This document shows, in pieces, positions 48,425-57,428 of a DNA stretch of 64,000 bases. The DNA is taken from contig JBKPNP010000132.1 in NCBI GenBank assembly GCA_046732775.1, positions 738-64,737 on the forward strand, in the 5' to 3' direction. The notes under the pieces are model-generated. The model was given only the letters and a program-made list of their open reading frames with translations, did no database searches and had not been told where the DNA came from. Both the position numbers and the translations under genes were made by a program. Numbering within the stretch: the first letter of the stretch is position 1; each line of letters starts with the position of its first letter. This DNA is from Acidobacteriota bacterium (GTDB taxonomy: Bacteria; Acidobacteriota; Blastocatellia; Pyrinomonadales; Pyrinomonadaceae).

Positions 48425-49363
48425 CTATGGCATATTGCCTTTTGCAGAGCGAACAACGGCAGTGTCACCATGTCGCTCGATTTCAGCTCCAAGTGCGAGA
48501 CGAATGACTTCCAGAACGCGTTCCGGCGATTCGCCAGCGAACGACGCAGTTATGTGTCGTGACGCAAGCGTCTGGTCGGGTACTTTAAGCTCGATACCGT
48601 ACCATTTGCGCATCGAAGAAACGATCTCGGAAACCGGTGCTTCGCGGAAAACCAGTCGTCCCTTGAGCCAGGCGATGTCATCATCGGTTGCAGCGCCGCG
48701 GCGCGCAATGACCTGACCGCCGTCCCTGAGGACTCCATTGTCTCCCGCCTTGAGAATTACACCCTGCTCCACCGGAGTGTTCACCTGACGAAGGGAAACG
48801 GATCCTTCAGAGACTGAAACCGAGACACCGGCGGGATCATCGCTTCTCACGGTGAACTTCGTGCCTACGTCGACGATGGTCGCACCGCCGGCATGTACGG
48901 TGAACGGTTTCTGCGCATCGTGGACGACGTCGAACCATGCATCGCCCTTCACTTCTACTGATCGCGAGACGGCTGCGTAGTCGGCGGGAACAGTGACCGA
49001 GCTGAGCGGTCCGATGATGACCCGCGTTCCATCAGGGAGAGTCAGCGAGTCACGCGCACCTACGCCGGTTCCGAACATTCCCTGAACTGACGCAACGGCC
49101 GGCAATGGTGCGCGATTCCGGTATGCCATCCAGCTCGCCACACCTACTGCGAGCAATGCGGCTGCAGCAACAGCCGGCATTGGGATGACCCAGCGTGTTC
49201 TTCGCTTGCTGAATGCCGGGTTCGCTTTGACTTTTCCGAGGGCCGCTTCGGTTTCGATGTCAGAAGGCGCGCTCAGGCGCATGCCGTCTACCTGACGTGC
49301 GAAAGCTTCCCACTCCGGAGACTGGGGATCGTCAGGTAAATGGTTGTCAGCTGTCATACTCAA
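48425..49363 (-). CDS. FecR-family anti-sigma / sigma regulator
   Basis: One TM helix (VIPMPAVAAAALLAVGV) and a FecR-type periplasmic domain (TLPDGTRVIIGPLSSV...GDAWFDVVHD...PFTVH). It lies between the ECF sigma and STN-receptor genes. Confidence 0.82.
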   Translation of the reverse strand: MSMTADNHLPDDPQSPEWEAFARQVDGMRLSAPSDIETEAALGKVKANPAFSKRRTRWVIPMPAVAAAALLAVGVASWMAYRNRAPLPAVASVQGMFGTGVGARDSLTLPDGTRVIIGPLSSVTVPADYAAVSRSVEVKGDAWFDVVHDAQKPFTVHAGGATIVDVGTKFTVRSDDPAGVSVSVSEGSVSLRQVNTPVEQGVILKAGDNGVLRDGGQVIARRGAATDDDIAWLKGRLVFREAPVSEIVSSMRKWYGIELKVPDQTLASRHITASFAGESPERVLEVIRLALGAEIERHGDTAVVRSAKGNMP

Positions 49364-49408
49364 GCAACACGTTAGCGGTGCAATACCCTAATGAGCCCCT
49401 AAATTGGT

Positions 49409-49999
49409 GTGACTCACCGGCTTCCCGCCACTTTCAACCCGGCAAGACTTCTGGATAACAGGGAACTTCTCGCACGTCTCCGGAAAGGAGATGAAAGGGC
49501 CTTCGACGAACTCTTCCGGGCCTGGTATCCGTCGCTCGTCAGAGCCTCGGAATCGATCGTCCGCTCGCGCGCGGTAGCCGAAGAGATTGTGCAGGATGTG
49601 CTGCTGGAGCTGTGGAAGCGTCGCGAGAAACTTGCCGATGAAAGCTCTCCTCAGGCGTACCTCTTTCAGTCGACCCGCAATCGATCGCTCAATCATGTGC
49701 GACATGAAAAGGTTGCGCAGAAAAGCGAGCCGTATGCAAAGATGCCGGAGAGTGTCGACTCACTCGCGCATGCAGAAGTGGTTGAAGGCGAAATGCGAGT
49801 TGCTGTCGAGCGTGCAGTAGAAGCACTTCCCGATCGATGCAGAGAAGTGTTCGAGCTCAGTCGCACCAAAGGCATGAAGTACACTGAGATTGCATCATTT
49901 CTCGGAATCTCAGTAAAGACAGTCGAAGCCCAAATGGGGAAAGCGCTGCGCATTCTGCGGGAAAAGCTAAAACCGTGGATAACGAAACTGGAATACTGA
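49409..49999 (+). CDS. ECF-type sigma factor (FecI-like)
   Basis: Region 2 VAEEIVQDVLLELW and region 4 KYTEIASFLGISVKTVEAQMGKALRIL are present. It is divergent from fecR and the receptor. GTG start. Confidence 0.85.
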   Translation: MTHRLPATFNPARLLDNRELLARLRKGDERAFDELFRAWYPSLVRASESIVRSRAVAEEIVQDVLLELWKRREKLADESSPQAYLFQSTRNRSLNHVRHEKVAQKSEPYAKMPESVDSLAHAEVVEGEMRVAVERAVEALPDRCREVFELSRTKGMKYTEIASFLGISVKTVEAQMGKALRILREKLKPWITKLEY

Positions 50000-50058
50000 A
50001 TTCTGAATTCTGACCAACTACGCATTTAGTCAGCATTCAGAATTCAGTATTCCAGTTT
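49985..50058. repeat. Near-perfect 28-bp-arm inverted repeat (bidirectional terminator candidate) built from TGAATTC/GGAATAC heptamers
   Basis: Left arm 49987-50014 (ACTGGAATACTGAATTCTGAATTCTGAC) pairs with right arm 50029-50056 at 27 of 28 positions. The loop is 14 nt. It spans from the sigma stop (49997-49999) to the dcp stop (50057-50059). Confidence 0.85.
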
Positions 50059-52228
50059 ACTTCTCCTTGCCTAACGTTTCGTCGAGTCCACGAGCCTGAA
50101 TCAGGAACTTCACGTCAGGATCATGCCCTCTGAAGTTCCGATACAACACTGCATGCTCCTGGGTAGATCCGCGTGACAAGACCATGTCGCGGAACTTCTG
50201 GCCATTCGCTCGCGTCATGCCGCCGTTCTCGTCAAACCAGGCACCTGCATCATCAGCAAGAACTTCAGACCAGAGATACGCGTAGTAGCTCGACGCATAA
50301 CCACCCGGCCAGATGTGCGAGAAGTACGTTGTGCGATAGCGAGGTGGAATCTCCGGCAGACCAATGTTGAACTTCGCAAGCGCAGCCGTCTCGAACTGAT
50401 CTACGTCCTGCTGCGGAGTTCCCGGAGCAAGTGTGTGCCACGCGATGTCCAACAGGGAAGCGGCGAGATACTCCGTTGTTCCAAATCCCTGATTGAATGT
50501 CCTTGCGTTCTTGATCTTGGCAACGAGATCGGCAGGCATCGGAGCACCGGTCTGATAATGCTTCGCATAATTCGCGAACACCGCAGGCTCGAGCGCCCAC
50601 TTTTCGTTGAACTGCGACGGGAATTCCACAAAATCACGCGGAGTGTTGGTTCCCGCGATCGACGGATACTGCACGTTCGAGAACATTCCGTGCAGCGCAT
50701 GACCAAACTCGTGGAACATCGTCGTCACATCGCTGAATGAAATCAAGGCCGGCTGGCCCGCAGCGGGCTTTGTGAAATTCGCGACGTTGAACACAACCGG
50801 CTTGGTTCCGGTGATTCCGTTCTGGTCGACGAACGTGTCCATCCACGCACCACCACCCTTCTCGTCACGCTTCCAGTAATCAGCATAGAAGAGAGCGAGT
50901 GACTTTCCATCCTGATCGAACACCTCGAACACGCGAACATCAGGGTGATAGACAGGAATGTCCTTACGCTCCTTGAACGTCACGCCATAGAGCTTGTTCG
51001 CAGCGAAGAACACACCGTTCTGAAGAACGTTATTGATCTCGAAGTAAGGCTTGATCTGCGATTCATCGAGCGCGTACTTCGCCTTGCGCACCTGCTCTGC
51101 ATAGTACTGATAATCCCACGGCGCGAGCTTGAACCCGCCCTTCTCAGCGTCGATGAGCTTCTGCATGTCGGCAATCTCTGCATGCGCCCGTGCGACCGAC
51201 GCAGGAACGAGATCAGTGAGAAGCTTGGTCGCATTCTCTGGCGTCTTTGCCATCTGGTTGTCGAGAGCGTAGGCCGAGTAGTTGGCAAACCCGAGGAGCT
51301 TTGCGCGATCAGCACGCAGCTGCGCGAGACGCTTCACAATATTGCGAGTGTCGTTCGAGTCATTATGCTCGGCACGCATTGTCGACGCCATGAACAAACG
51401 CTCCCGCACACTGCGATTCTTGAGTGAAGTCTGTGCGGGATGCTGCGTGGTGTTCTGCAGTGGGATCACCCACTTGCCTGTGAGATTGCGCTGCTTTGCT
51501 GCAGCCTCGGTCGCAGCAATCTCAGCTGCGCTCATTCCGTCGAGCTGCTTCACATCGTCGATGACGAGCGCGCCTGCCTTGGTTGCGGCAAGAAGACGGT
51601 TCTGGAAATCGGTTGTGAGCTTTGCCTCTTCCTGGTTCAGCTCGCGCAGCTTTGCCTTGTCGGCTTCGGCGAGATTCGCCCCTGCACGAACAAAGTTACG
51701 ATTGTAATACTCGACCAGCGCGACCTGCGTAGGGTTGAGTCCCAGAGCCGTGCGCCGATCATAGATGCTCTTCACACGCTGATAGAGCTTGTCGTTCAGG
51801 AAAATTGCATCGGAATGTGCGGCGAGCTTCGGGGCAACTCGTTCCTGAACGGCCTGAAGGGAGTCGTTGGTATTTGCACCAGTGATTGCGTTAAAAACTT
51901 TCGCAACACGTGTGAGCAGCGCCCCGGACTTCTCGAGCTCGAGAATTGTGTTGTCGAACGTCGGTGCCGCAGTCTGATTTGCGACTGCCTCGACTTCGGC
52001 GATGTTCTGCGCCATTCCCGCGATGAATGCAGGCTCGTAATCGGAATCATGGATCTTTGTGAAATCCGGAGCCTGATACGGAAGTGTGCTTACCGAAGCG
52101 AACGGGTTCGATGCAGGAAGCGCCGACACCGAACCCGATGGAGTAACTGCAACTGGCTGCTGCACGCTCGGCGTGCATGCAGCGAGCGCTGCTCCCGCTA
52201 TGATTGGAAGGAATTTCGTGCTTTTCAT
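50057..52228 (-). CDS. dcp: M3 family peptidyl-dipeptidase
   Basis: Lipoprotein-type signal (AGAALAAC) and zinc motif MFHEFGHALHG are present. 723 aa, typical M3A length. Confidence 0.88.
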   Translation of the reverse strand: MKSTKFLPIIAGAALAACTPSVQQPVAVTPSGSVSALPASNPFASVSTLPYQAPDFTKIHDSDYEPAFIAGMAQNIAEVEAVANQTAAPTFDNTILELEKSGALLTRVAKVFNAITGANTNDSLQAVQERVAPKLAAHSDAIFLNDKLYQRVKSIYDRRTALGLNPTQVALVEYYNRNFVRAGANLAEADKAKLRELNQEEAKLTTDFQNRLLAATKAGALVIDDVKQLDGMSAAEIAATEAAAKQRNLTGKWVIPLQNTTQHPAQTSLKNRSVRERLFMASTMRAEHNDSNDTRNIVKRLAQLRADRAKLLGFANYSAYALDNQMAKTPENATKLLTDLVPASVARAHAEIADMQKLIDAEKGGFKLAPWDYQYYAEQVRKAKYALDESQIKPYFEINNVLQNGVFFAANKLYGVTFKERKDIPVYHPDVRVFEVFDQDGKSLALFYADYWKRDEKGGGAWMDTFVDQNGITGTKPVVFNVANFTKPAAGQPALISFSDVTTMFHEFGHALHGMFSNVQYPSIAGTNTPRDFVEFPSQFNEKWALEPAVFANYAKHYQTGAPMPADLVAKIKNARTFNQGFGTTEYLAASLLDIAWHTLAPGTPQQDVDQFETAALAKFNIGLPEIPPRYRTTYFSHIWPGGYASSYYAYLWSEVLADDAGAWFDENGGMTRANGQKFRDMVLSRGSTQEHAVLYRNFRGHDPDVKFLIQARGLDETLGKEK

Positions 52229-52242
52229 CTAGCTATTGTTCC

Positions 52243-54615
52243 TCAGGATTTGACCTTTGGCGCGAGAAGTTTCTCGCGGCCTGTCAGGTACAGAATGAGC
52301 ATCAACAGAACGAACGGAATCAGGGCCAGCAGATCTGACGAAGGCCCTGTCCGAAGCGGGTTCGCTTCCCCGAACGACTCGATGCTTTTGTTGAATCCGG
52401 CCATTGCCGGAACACCTGCAAGGAAGGCGATTATGATTCCAGCGATCGCCCCTCCAGCTATATACCCCGAAGCCATCAAAACGCCCGGACTCTTGTCGCC
52501 CTCGGCAATGAGCTGGTCTTCAGTGAGATTCTTTCCTGCGTGCTTGCGCGCTATCCACTTGTCGACGCCCCATCGAATGACGCCGCCGAGCAGAATCGGG
52601 CTCGACGAAGACAGCGGCAGGTACACACCGACAGCGAATGCGAGTGACGGAATGCCCGACATCTCGAGGACTATCGCGATCATTGCGCCGAGTAGAACGA
52701 GAGCCCAGGGAAGCTTGCCGCCAAGAATCCCCTTGATGATGTAGGACATGAGTGTCGCTTTGGGCGCATCGAATTTCGGAACCGCCTGACCGTTCGGCAG
52801 GGTACGAATGCCGCCGTTAATCCCGCGATCGACGAAATAAACCGGCGTGCCCGCATCGTCGACCAGGTACTTCTCAGCATTTCCGCCCGATGGATCCTGT
52901 CGATGCCACACGAGATACTTCTTCGCGTCAGGTGCGCCCGCCGCCTGAACACCTTCGATTCCTTCGCGACGCCCGCTCAGCTTGCTGACGTCGGCTTTTT
53001 CACCAGGCTGCACTGAGCCCGCCGCTTTTCCTTCGATGGTTGTGCCGACAGGTACGTAGACTGAGCCTGCAGCGTTCAACTTGAGAAGAATGGGGCCGAG
53101 TGCAATCGCTGATACGAGAGCGCCAACGAGTATCGCTATCTGCTGCGACTTGGGAGTGGATCCGACAAGGAATCCTGTCTTGAGATCCTGTGAAGTTGTT
53201 CCGCCATTCGACGCCGCGATACAAACAATTGCGCCGATGGAAAGTGCGGTGACGAAATAGTTGCTGCCCGTCCAGCCAAGAATGACGAACGTGAGACAAG
53301 TAAGAAGGAGCGTTGCGACCGTCATTCCGGAAATCGGATTAGATGAAGATCCGATTTCCCCCGTGAGTCTCGATGACACGGTGACAAACAGGAAGCCGAA
53401 GATGATGATCAGCACTGCAGCAGCGATGCGTGTGAGGAAATTCGTACCGCCAACATAGAGCGGGCTCGCGAACGCGATCGCAACGATAATCGCGATGATG
53501 CCGATAAGAACGTAGCGCATCGGAATGTCGCGATCAGTACGTGGTGCAATGTCGACGTTGCCTGCTTTAGTAGAGCTGAAATCCTTGAGACCTTCTTTCA
53601 TTCCGTGCCAGATCGTCGGCATCGATCTGAACACCGAGATAATTCCTCCCGCTGCAACTGCCCCGGCGCCGATGTAGAGCACGTATGCGTCCCGAATTGC
53701 ACCGGGATCCATGTCGCGAATCAGAGTTGTGGTCTGAGGAGCGAGCGGCGCCGCAAGCGCATCACCGAAATAGCTGATGAGCGGAATCAGAACGAGATAT
53801 GCGAGCACACCCCCGGCGCACATGATCGAAGCGATACGCGGACCGATGATGTATCCAACACCTAGAAGCTCAGGCGATATCTCGACAGAAAGTGAAGCGT
53901 TCTTGAATGGCGTACCAAAAATTTTTTCCGGCACTTCCTTCCATCCATGAAACGCCACCATGATCGTCTTGTACGCCAGCGCCATTCCGAAGCCAGTGAA
54001 GATCGTCGTCGCGCTTGTTGCGCCACCGAGTTTTTCCTGCTCGCGTCGCGCTTCTTCAGATGCTGCAGCTCTCGATTCCGCTGAAGCACCAGCTTTAAGC
54101 ACCTCTGCGCATGCAGTCCCCTCAGGGTATTTCAGCACGCCATGCTGCGCGACAATCAAAGCGCGGCGCAGCGGAATCATCATCAGGATTCCGATCAGTC
54201 CGCCGAGTATTGCCACAAGCATTACGCGAGTGATCTCGAGATCGAATCCGAGAATCAGAATCGCGGGCATTGTAACGCCAACGCCAAATGCGATCGATTC
54301 ACCGGCGGAGCCAGCAGTCTGAACAATGTTGTGCTCGAGAATTGTCGCGTCTCGTGCACCCATTTTTGCGAACAACCGGAAGAGCGTAATGGAGATGACT
54401 GCGACCGGGATCGACGCGCTTACCGTTAATCCGACTTTGAGGACGAGATAGAGCGAAGACGCTCCGAAAATGAGGCCGAGTATGGCGCCGACGATGATGG
54501 GTACTGGCGTCAGCTCGCGCAGACTCGTGCCGGGCGGGATATAGGGCGTGTAAGAAGGTGGGCCTTCAGGCACGAATCCGATTCTGTCCGGATACTCCTG
54601 GGCTGGTAGGCTCAT
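52243..54615 (-). CDS. OPT family oligopeptide transporter
   Basis: 790 aa, polytopic. The sequence pattern is typical of bacterial OPT transporters (GLTVSASIPVAV..., SSNPISGMTVATLL). It lies immediately downstream of dcp. Confidence 0.82.
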   Translation of the reverse strand: MSLPAQEYPDRIGFVPEGPPSYTPYIPPGTSLRELTPVPIIVGAILGLIFGASSLYLVLKVGLTVSASIPVAVISITLFRLFAKMGARDATILEHNIVQTAGSAGESIAFGVGVTMPAILILGFDLEITRVMLVAILGGLIGILMMIPLRRALIVAQHGVLKYPEGTACAEVLKAGASAESRAAASEEARREQEKLGGATSATTIFTGFGMALAYKTIMVAFHGWKEVPEKIFGTPFKNASLSVEISPELLGVGYIIGPRIASIMCAGGVLAYLVLIPLISYFGDALAAPLAPQTTTLIRDMDPGAIRDAYVLYIGAGAVAAGGIISVFRSMPTIWHGMKEGLKDFSSTKAGNVDIAPRTDRDIPMRYVLIGIIAIIVAIAFASPLYVGGTNFLTRIAAAVLIIIFGFLFVTVSSRLTGEIGSSSNPISGMTVATLLLTCLTFVILGWTGSNYFVTALSIGAIVCIAASNGGTTSQDLKTGFLVGSTPKSQQIAILVGALVSAIALGPILLKLNAAGSVYVPVGTTIEGKAAGSVQPGEKADVSKLSGRREGIEGVQAAGAPDAKKYLVWHRQDPSGGNAEKYLVDDAGTPVYFVDRGINGGIRTLPNGQAVPKFDAPKATLMSYIIKGILGGKLPWALVLLGAMIAIVLEMSGIPSLAFAVGVYLPLSSSSPILLGGVIRWGVDKWIARKHAGKNLTEDQLIAEGDKSPGVLMASGYIAGGAIAGIIIAFLAGVPAMAGFNKSIESFGEANPLRTGPSSDLLALIPFVLLMLILYLTGREKLLAPKVKS

Positions 54616-54801
54616 TCAGTAGCACCTGTTTTGGGGTAACGAGCGCAAGAAACAGCAGAAACCTTACCGCTCGGCGGCATTAATGTATGGGCGGGGTGTC
54701 GCGATGCTACCAGGGGAAGCCAAACGCCGGTTCGTAAATAACCAACCTTTGCGTGATTCGTTTGTAGTATCTACTGTATACGTCCTCGGGTCGAGAAAAA
54801 A

Positions 54802-55296
54802 ATGGATCTTCACTTCAGCGGCATCATTCCATCTACAATGATGTTTCTTCCGGCACTGTTTCAGGTCCGGGAGCTTACGGCTGCGCGTGGGTCTGTTCCG
54901 GTCGACATCGACGCGCGCGAGTTCATGGCAGGCTATGCAGATGATCTTCGTCACGGACGAAGACAAGCGATTGTCGACCGCTATGACAGACGCGGCGCCT
55001 ACCGTGTTGGCGAAGGCGAAAAGAATCTCGAGTCGTGGGATCTGATTCGCGCTGCGTACATGACGCAGTGGACACCGCCGGTGAGATTCGCGTGGCGCGA
55101 GCTGTCGTACGAAGTCGTCGGTGATGACGCAGTGATCGTCGTCGGGCTGTTCGACTGGGGACTTGCTGACGGACGAAAGCTGACGTTCTCGTACACGGGA
55201 TTGCTTGTACGAGTTGAAGGCGAGCTCAGGATAAGACTCGAGGATGAGTCAATGAGTCCGAAGATGCTCGCCGCGTTGAACCATCAGGGCAACTAG
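54802..55296 (+). CDS. NTF2-like (SnoaL/DUF4440-type) hypothetical protein
   Basis: ~165 aa with an alpha+beta cone-like pattern (FMAGYADDLRHGRRQAIVDRYDRRG ... DDAVIVVGLFDWGL). The assignment is weak and the start is uncertain. Confidence 0.45.
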   Translation: MDLHFSGIIPSTMMFLPALFQVRELTAARGSVPVDIDAREFMAGYADDLRHGRRQAIVDRYDRRGAYRVGEGEKNLESWDLIRAAYMTQWTPPVRFAWRELSYEVVGDDAVIVVGLFDWGLADGRKLTFSYTGLLVRVEGELRIRLEDESMSPKMLAALNHQGN

Positions 55297-55502
55297 CCTT
55301 CGCGTTCCCACACGTCGTCTACGTTCCTGTCGTAGCGCGACATTTTAGTACCGCCGGGTCCGTATAACTCCCTCTTCAGCTTCAGCACAACCCAGACTGC
55401 TGCTGCGGTTCCGGCAGTCACCTTGACGGCTCTCTCGAGCCGTCCGTGCTTCGCGGGCGCGATTTTCTCACTGATCTTCGACAGGGGATTCTTCATAGGC
55501 AC
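55293..55502 (-). CDS. Hypothetical small protein (69 aa)
   Basis: The ORF lies 87 nt downstream of the kinase operon on the same strand and has one hydrophobic segment (TAGTAAAVWVVL). No recognisable motif. Confidence 0.35.
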   Translation of the reverse strand: MPMKNPLSKISEKIAPAKHGRLERAVKVTAGTAAAVWVVLKLKRELYGPGGTKMSRYDRNVDDVWEREG

Positions 55503-55589
55503 CCTACCTCCACATATAAGGTATTAAGAAAACCAGAAAAGCGCGGTAGTAAGTATTGGAAAACAACCAGAAACAGCTCGGTAGCAGTT

Positions 55590-57428
55590 TTAGAGAAGGG
55601 CTTTTGCCTTGTCTGCTTCCCGCTCGACATCGGCAACACTTCCAACTCCACTGCGGAGCCTGATCAGCTCGAGACGAATGCGCTCGAGAGCGGCGGTGAT
55701 GTCATCGCGCTTGTGCACAGCAGCCTGCTTTGCTTCGCTGAGCTCTGTGATGACGCGATCGAGCGTATCAGTTGCAACCCCGGCACTGCCGCGGCTGGCT
55801 TCCATCTGCGATGACGTCAGTCTCGATTCTCGGTCGACAAGATCCTTCTGAGTCGCTGCAAGCGCTGTGATTACGCGAGCGACATCGCCGAGATCGCGAC
55901 GAACACTTTTTGGAAGTTCCTCGAGTAGCGTCAACGGTCCGAGCTCGGCAGATACTACACGCACCGCAGGACGTGATCGTGCAACGCTCTTCTGCACTCT
56001 CTCATAAAGTTTGCGGCCAATTGGACCCGTCCACAGCGAGCGAAGCTTTCGGTCGAGGCGTGCCGATGCCCCACCTGATGCCGCTGCGTACACCACGGAG
56101 ATGATCACTGTCATCGCGCCAAGTGCAGCCGCCGCGAAGCCAATGAGTGGGGTTGTGTAGCCACCCTGCGGGCGCGGAACGCGAGTGCTCAGGCTGAAGA
56201 GAACGAGCGCAATACCGACGACAATAGAGACCGCAAGTCGCAGCGACTGACGCTTTCGTCGCTCTGCCCAGTCAGGAGCTGCACGCATCTGCGCACGGGC
56301 TTCGTTTTCCTCTTCACTGATGGCGACGACGCCATTCCTCAAGTCGTCGTGTGAGAATCCCTGTGCTGCGAGCTCACGCAATCCGCCAATCGCCTGCAAC
56401 ACAAGTGCAAAGACAGCTGAAAGAACAATGATGAGTAGAAGGAGCTGATCTCCTTCACCGCCTGCTGAGCGCGAGAGCGAGGGTCCGAGCAGAAGAAAAA
56501 TGAGTGCGTTGCGGATTACCTGCGTCGACTTCACCTGAAATAGGCGGATTGCAGGTGGAATATCCCTGCGCGAAGCACGCAGCGGATCGAGCGCCTCGGC
56601 AAGCTCTTCACCTTTCTGAAAACGCTGCGCCGGATCTTTTTGAAGCAGGCGGTCGACTGCGTTGGAGAGGGCAGGTGGCAGATCGGGCCGCACCGATGAC
56701 ATCGATGGCGCAGGCTTGGTGATATGCGCCGTGAGGTAACCGTGTGATGTCGATGACTCGAATGGAAGGCGGCCGGTTAGTGCAAAGAACGCAACCACGC
56801 CGAGCGAATACAGATCGCTTCGCGCATCTATGTTTTCACCTGTCGCCTGCTCCGGACTCATGTATTGCGGCGTACCGATTATCTCGCCGACTTGTGTCAG
56901 TCCTGAAGTTTTGTCCTGCGATCGCGCGATACCAAAATCAGTGACCATTGCACGACCCGATCCTCGATCGATGAGGATGTTGTCGGGCTTTACATCGCGA
57001 TGAACAATTCCGCGTCCGTGCGCATAGGACAGTGCCCATGCTGCTTCCTGAAGAAAGCGCGTTGCATCTGCTGCCGACATTGGGCCCGCGCGGTTGACGC
57101 GGGCAGTGAGCGTCTCGCCATCGACATAGCCCATGACGAAGCAGAGAATTCGTTCTCTTTCTTCGATTGCATGAACAGGCACGATGTTCGGGTGCGAGAA
57201 CGATGCAGCGGTGCGCGTCTCCTGAAGAAATCTCGCGCGCAGATCTTCGCGCATTGCCATTTCCGGCGGCAGAAACTTGATAGCGACTGGACGGTCCAGG
57301 CGAACATCACGCGCGAGATACACTGCGCCCATTCCGCCTCGGCCCAGCTCTTTTTCGAGTATGTAGTTCGGAGCCAGTGCGTCGCGTACCTCCTGCTCCG
57401 GGATCATGGTCTGAGTTGGCTCTGCCAC
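55590..57428 (-). CDS. Ser/Thr protein kinase with polytopic membrane and C-terminal coiled-coil region
   Basis: GRGGMGAVYLARD, HRDVKPDNILI, DFGIA and SPEQ are present. About 4 hydrophobic helices follow, then a helical C-terminus. Confidence 0.9.
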   Translation of the reverse strand: MAEPTQTMIPEQEVRDALAPNYILEKELGRGGMGAVYLARDVRLDRPVAIKFLPPEMAMREDLRARFLQETRTAASFSHPNIVPVHAIEERERILCFVMGYVDGETLTARVNRAGPMSAADATRFLQEAAWALSYAHGRGIVHRDVKPDNILIDRGSGRAMVTDFGIARSQDKTSGLTQVGEIIGTPQYMSPEQATGENIDARSDLYSLGVVAFFALTGRLPFESSTSHGYLTAHITKPAPSMSSVRPDLPPALSNAVDRLLQKDPAQRFQKGEELAEALDPLRASRRDIPPAIRLFQVKSTQVIRNALIFLLLGPSLSRSAGGEGDQLLLLIIVLSAVFALVLQAIGGLRELAAQGFSHDDLRNGVVAISEEENEARAQMRAAPDWAERRKRQSLRLAVSIVVGIALVLFSLSTRVPRPQGGYTTPLIGFAAAALGAMTVIISVVYAAASGGASARLDRKLRSLWTGPIGRKLYERVQKSVARSRPAVRVVSAELGPLTLLEELPKSVRRDLGDVARVITALAATQKDLVDRESRLTSSQMEASRGSAGVATDTLDRVITELSEAKQAAVHKRDDITAALERIRLELIRLRSGVGSVADVEREADKAKALL

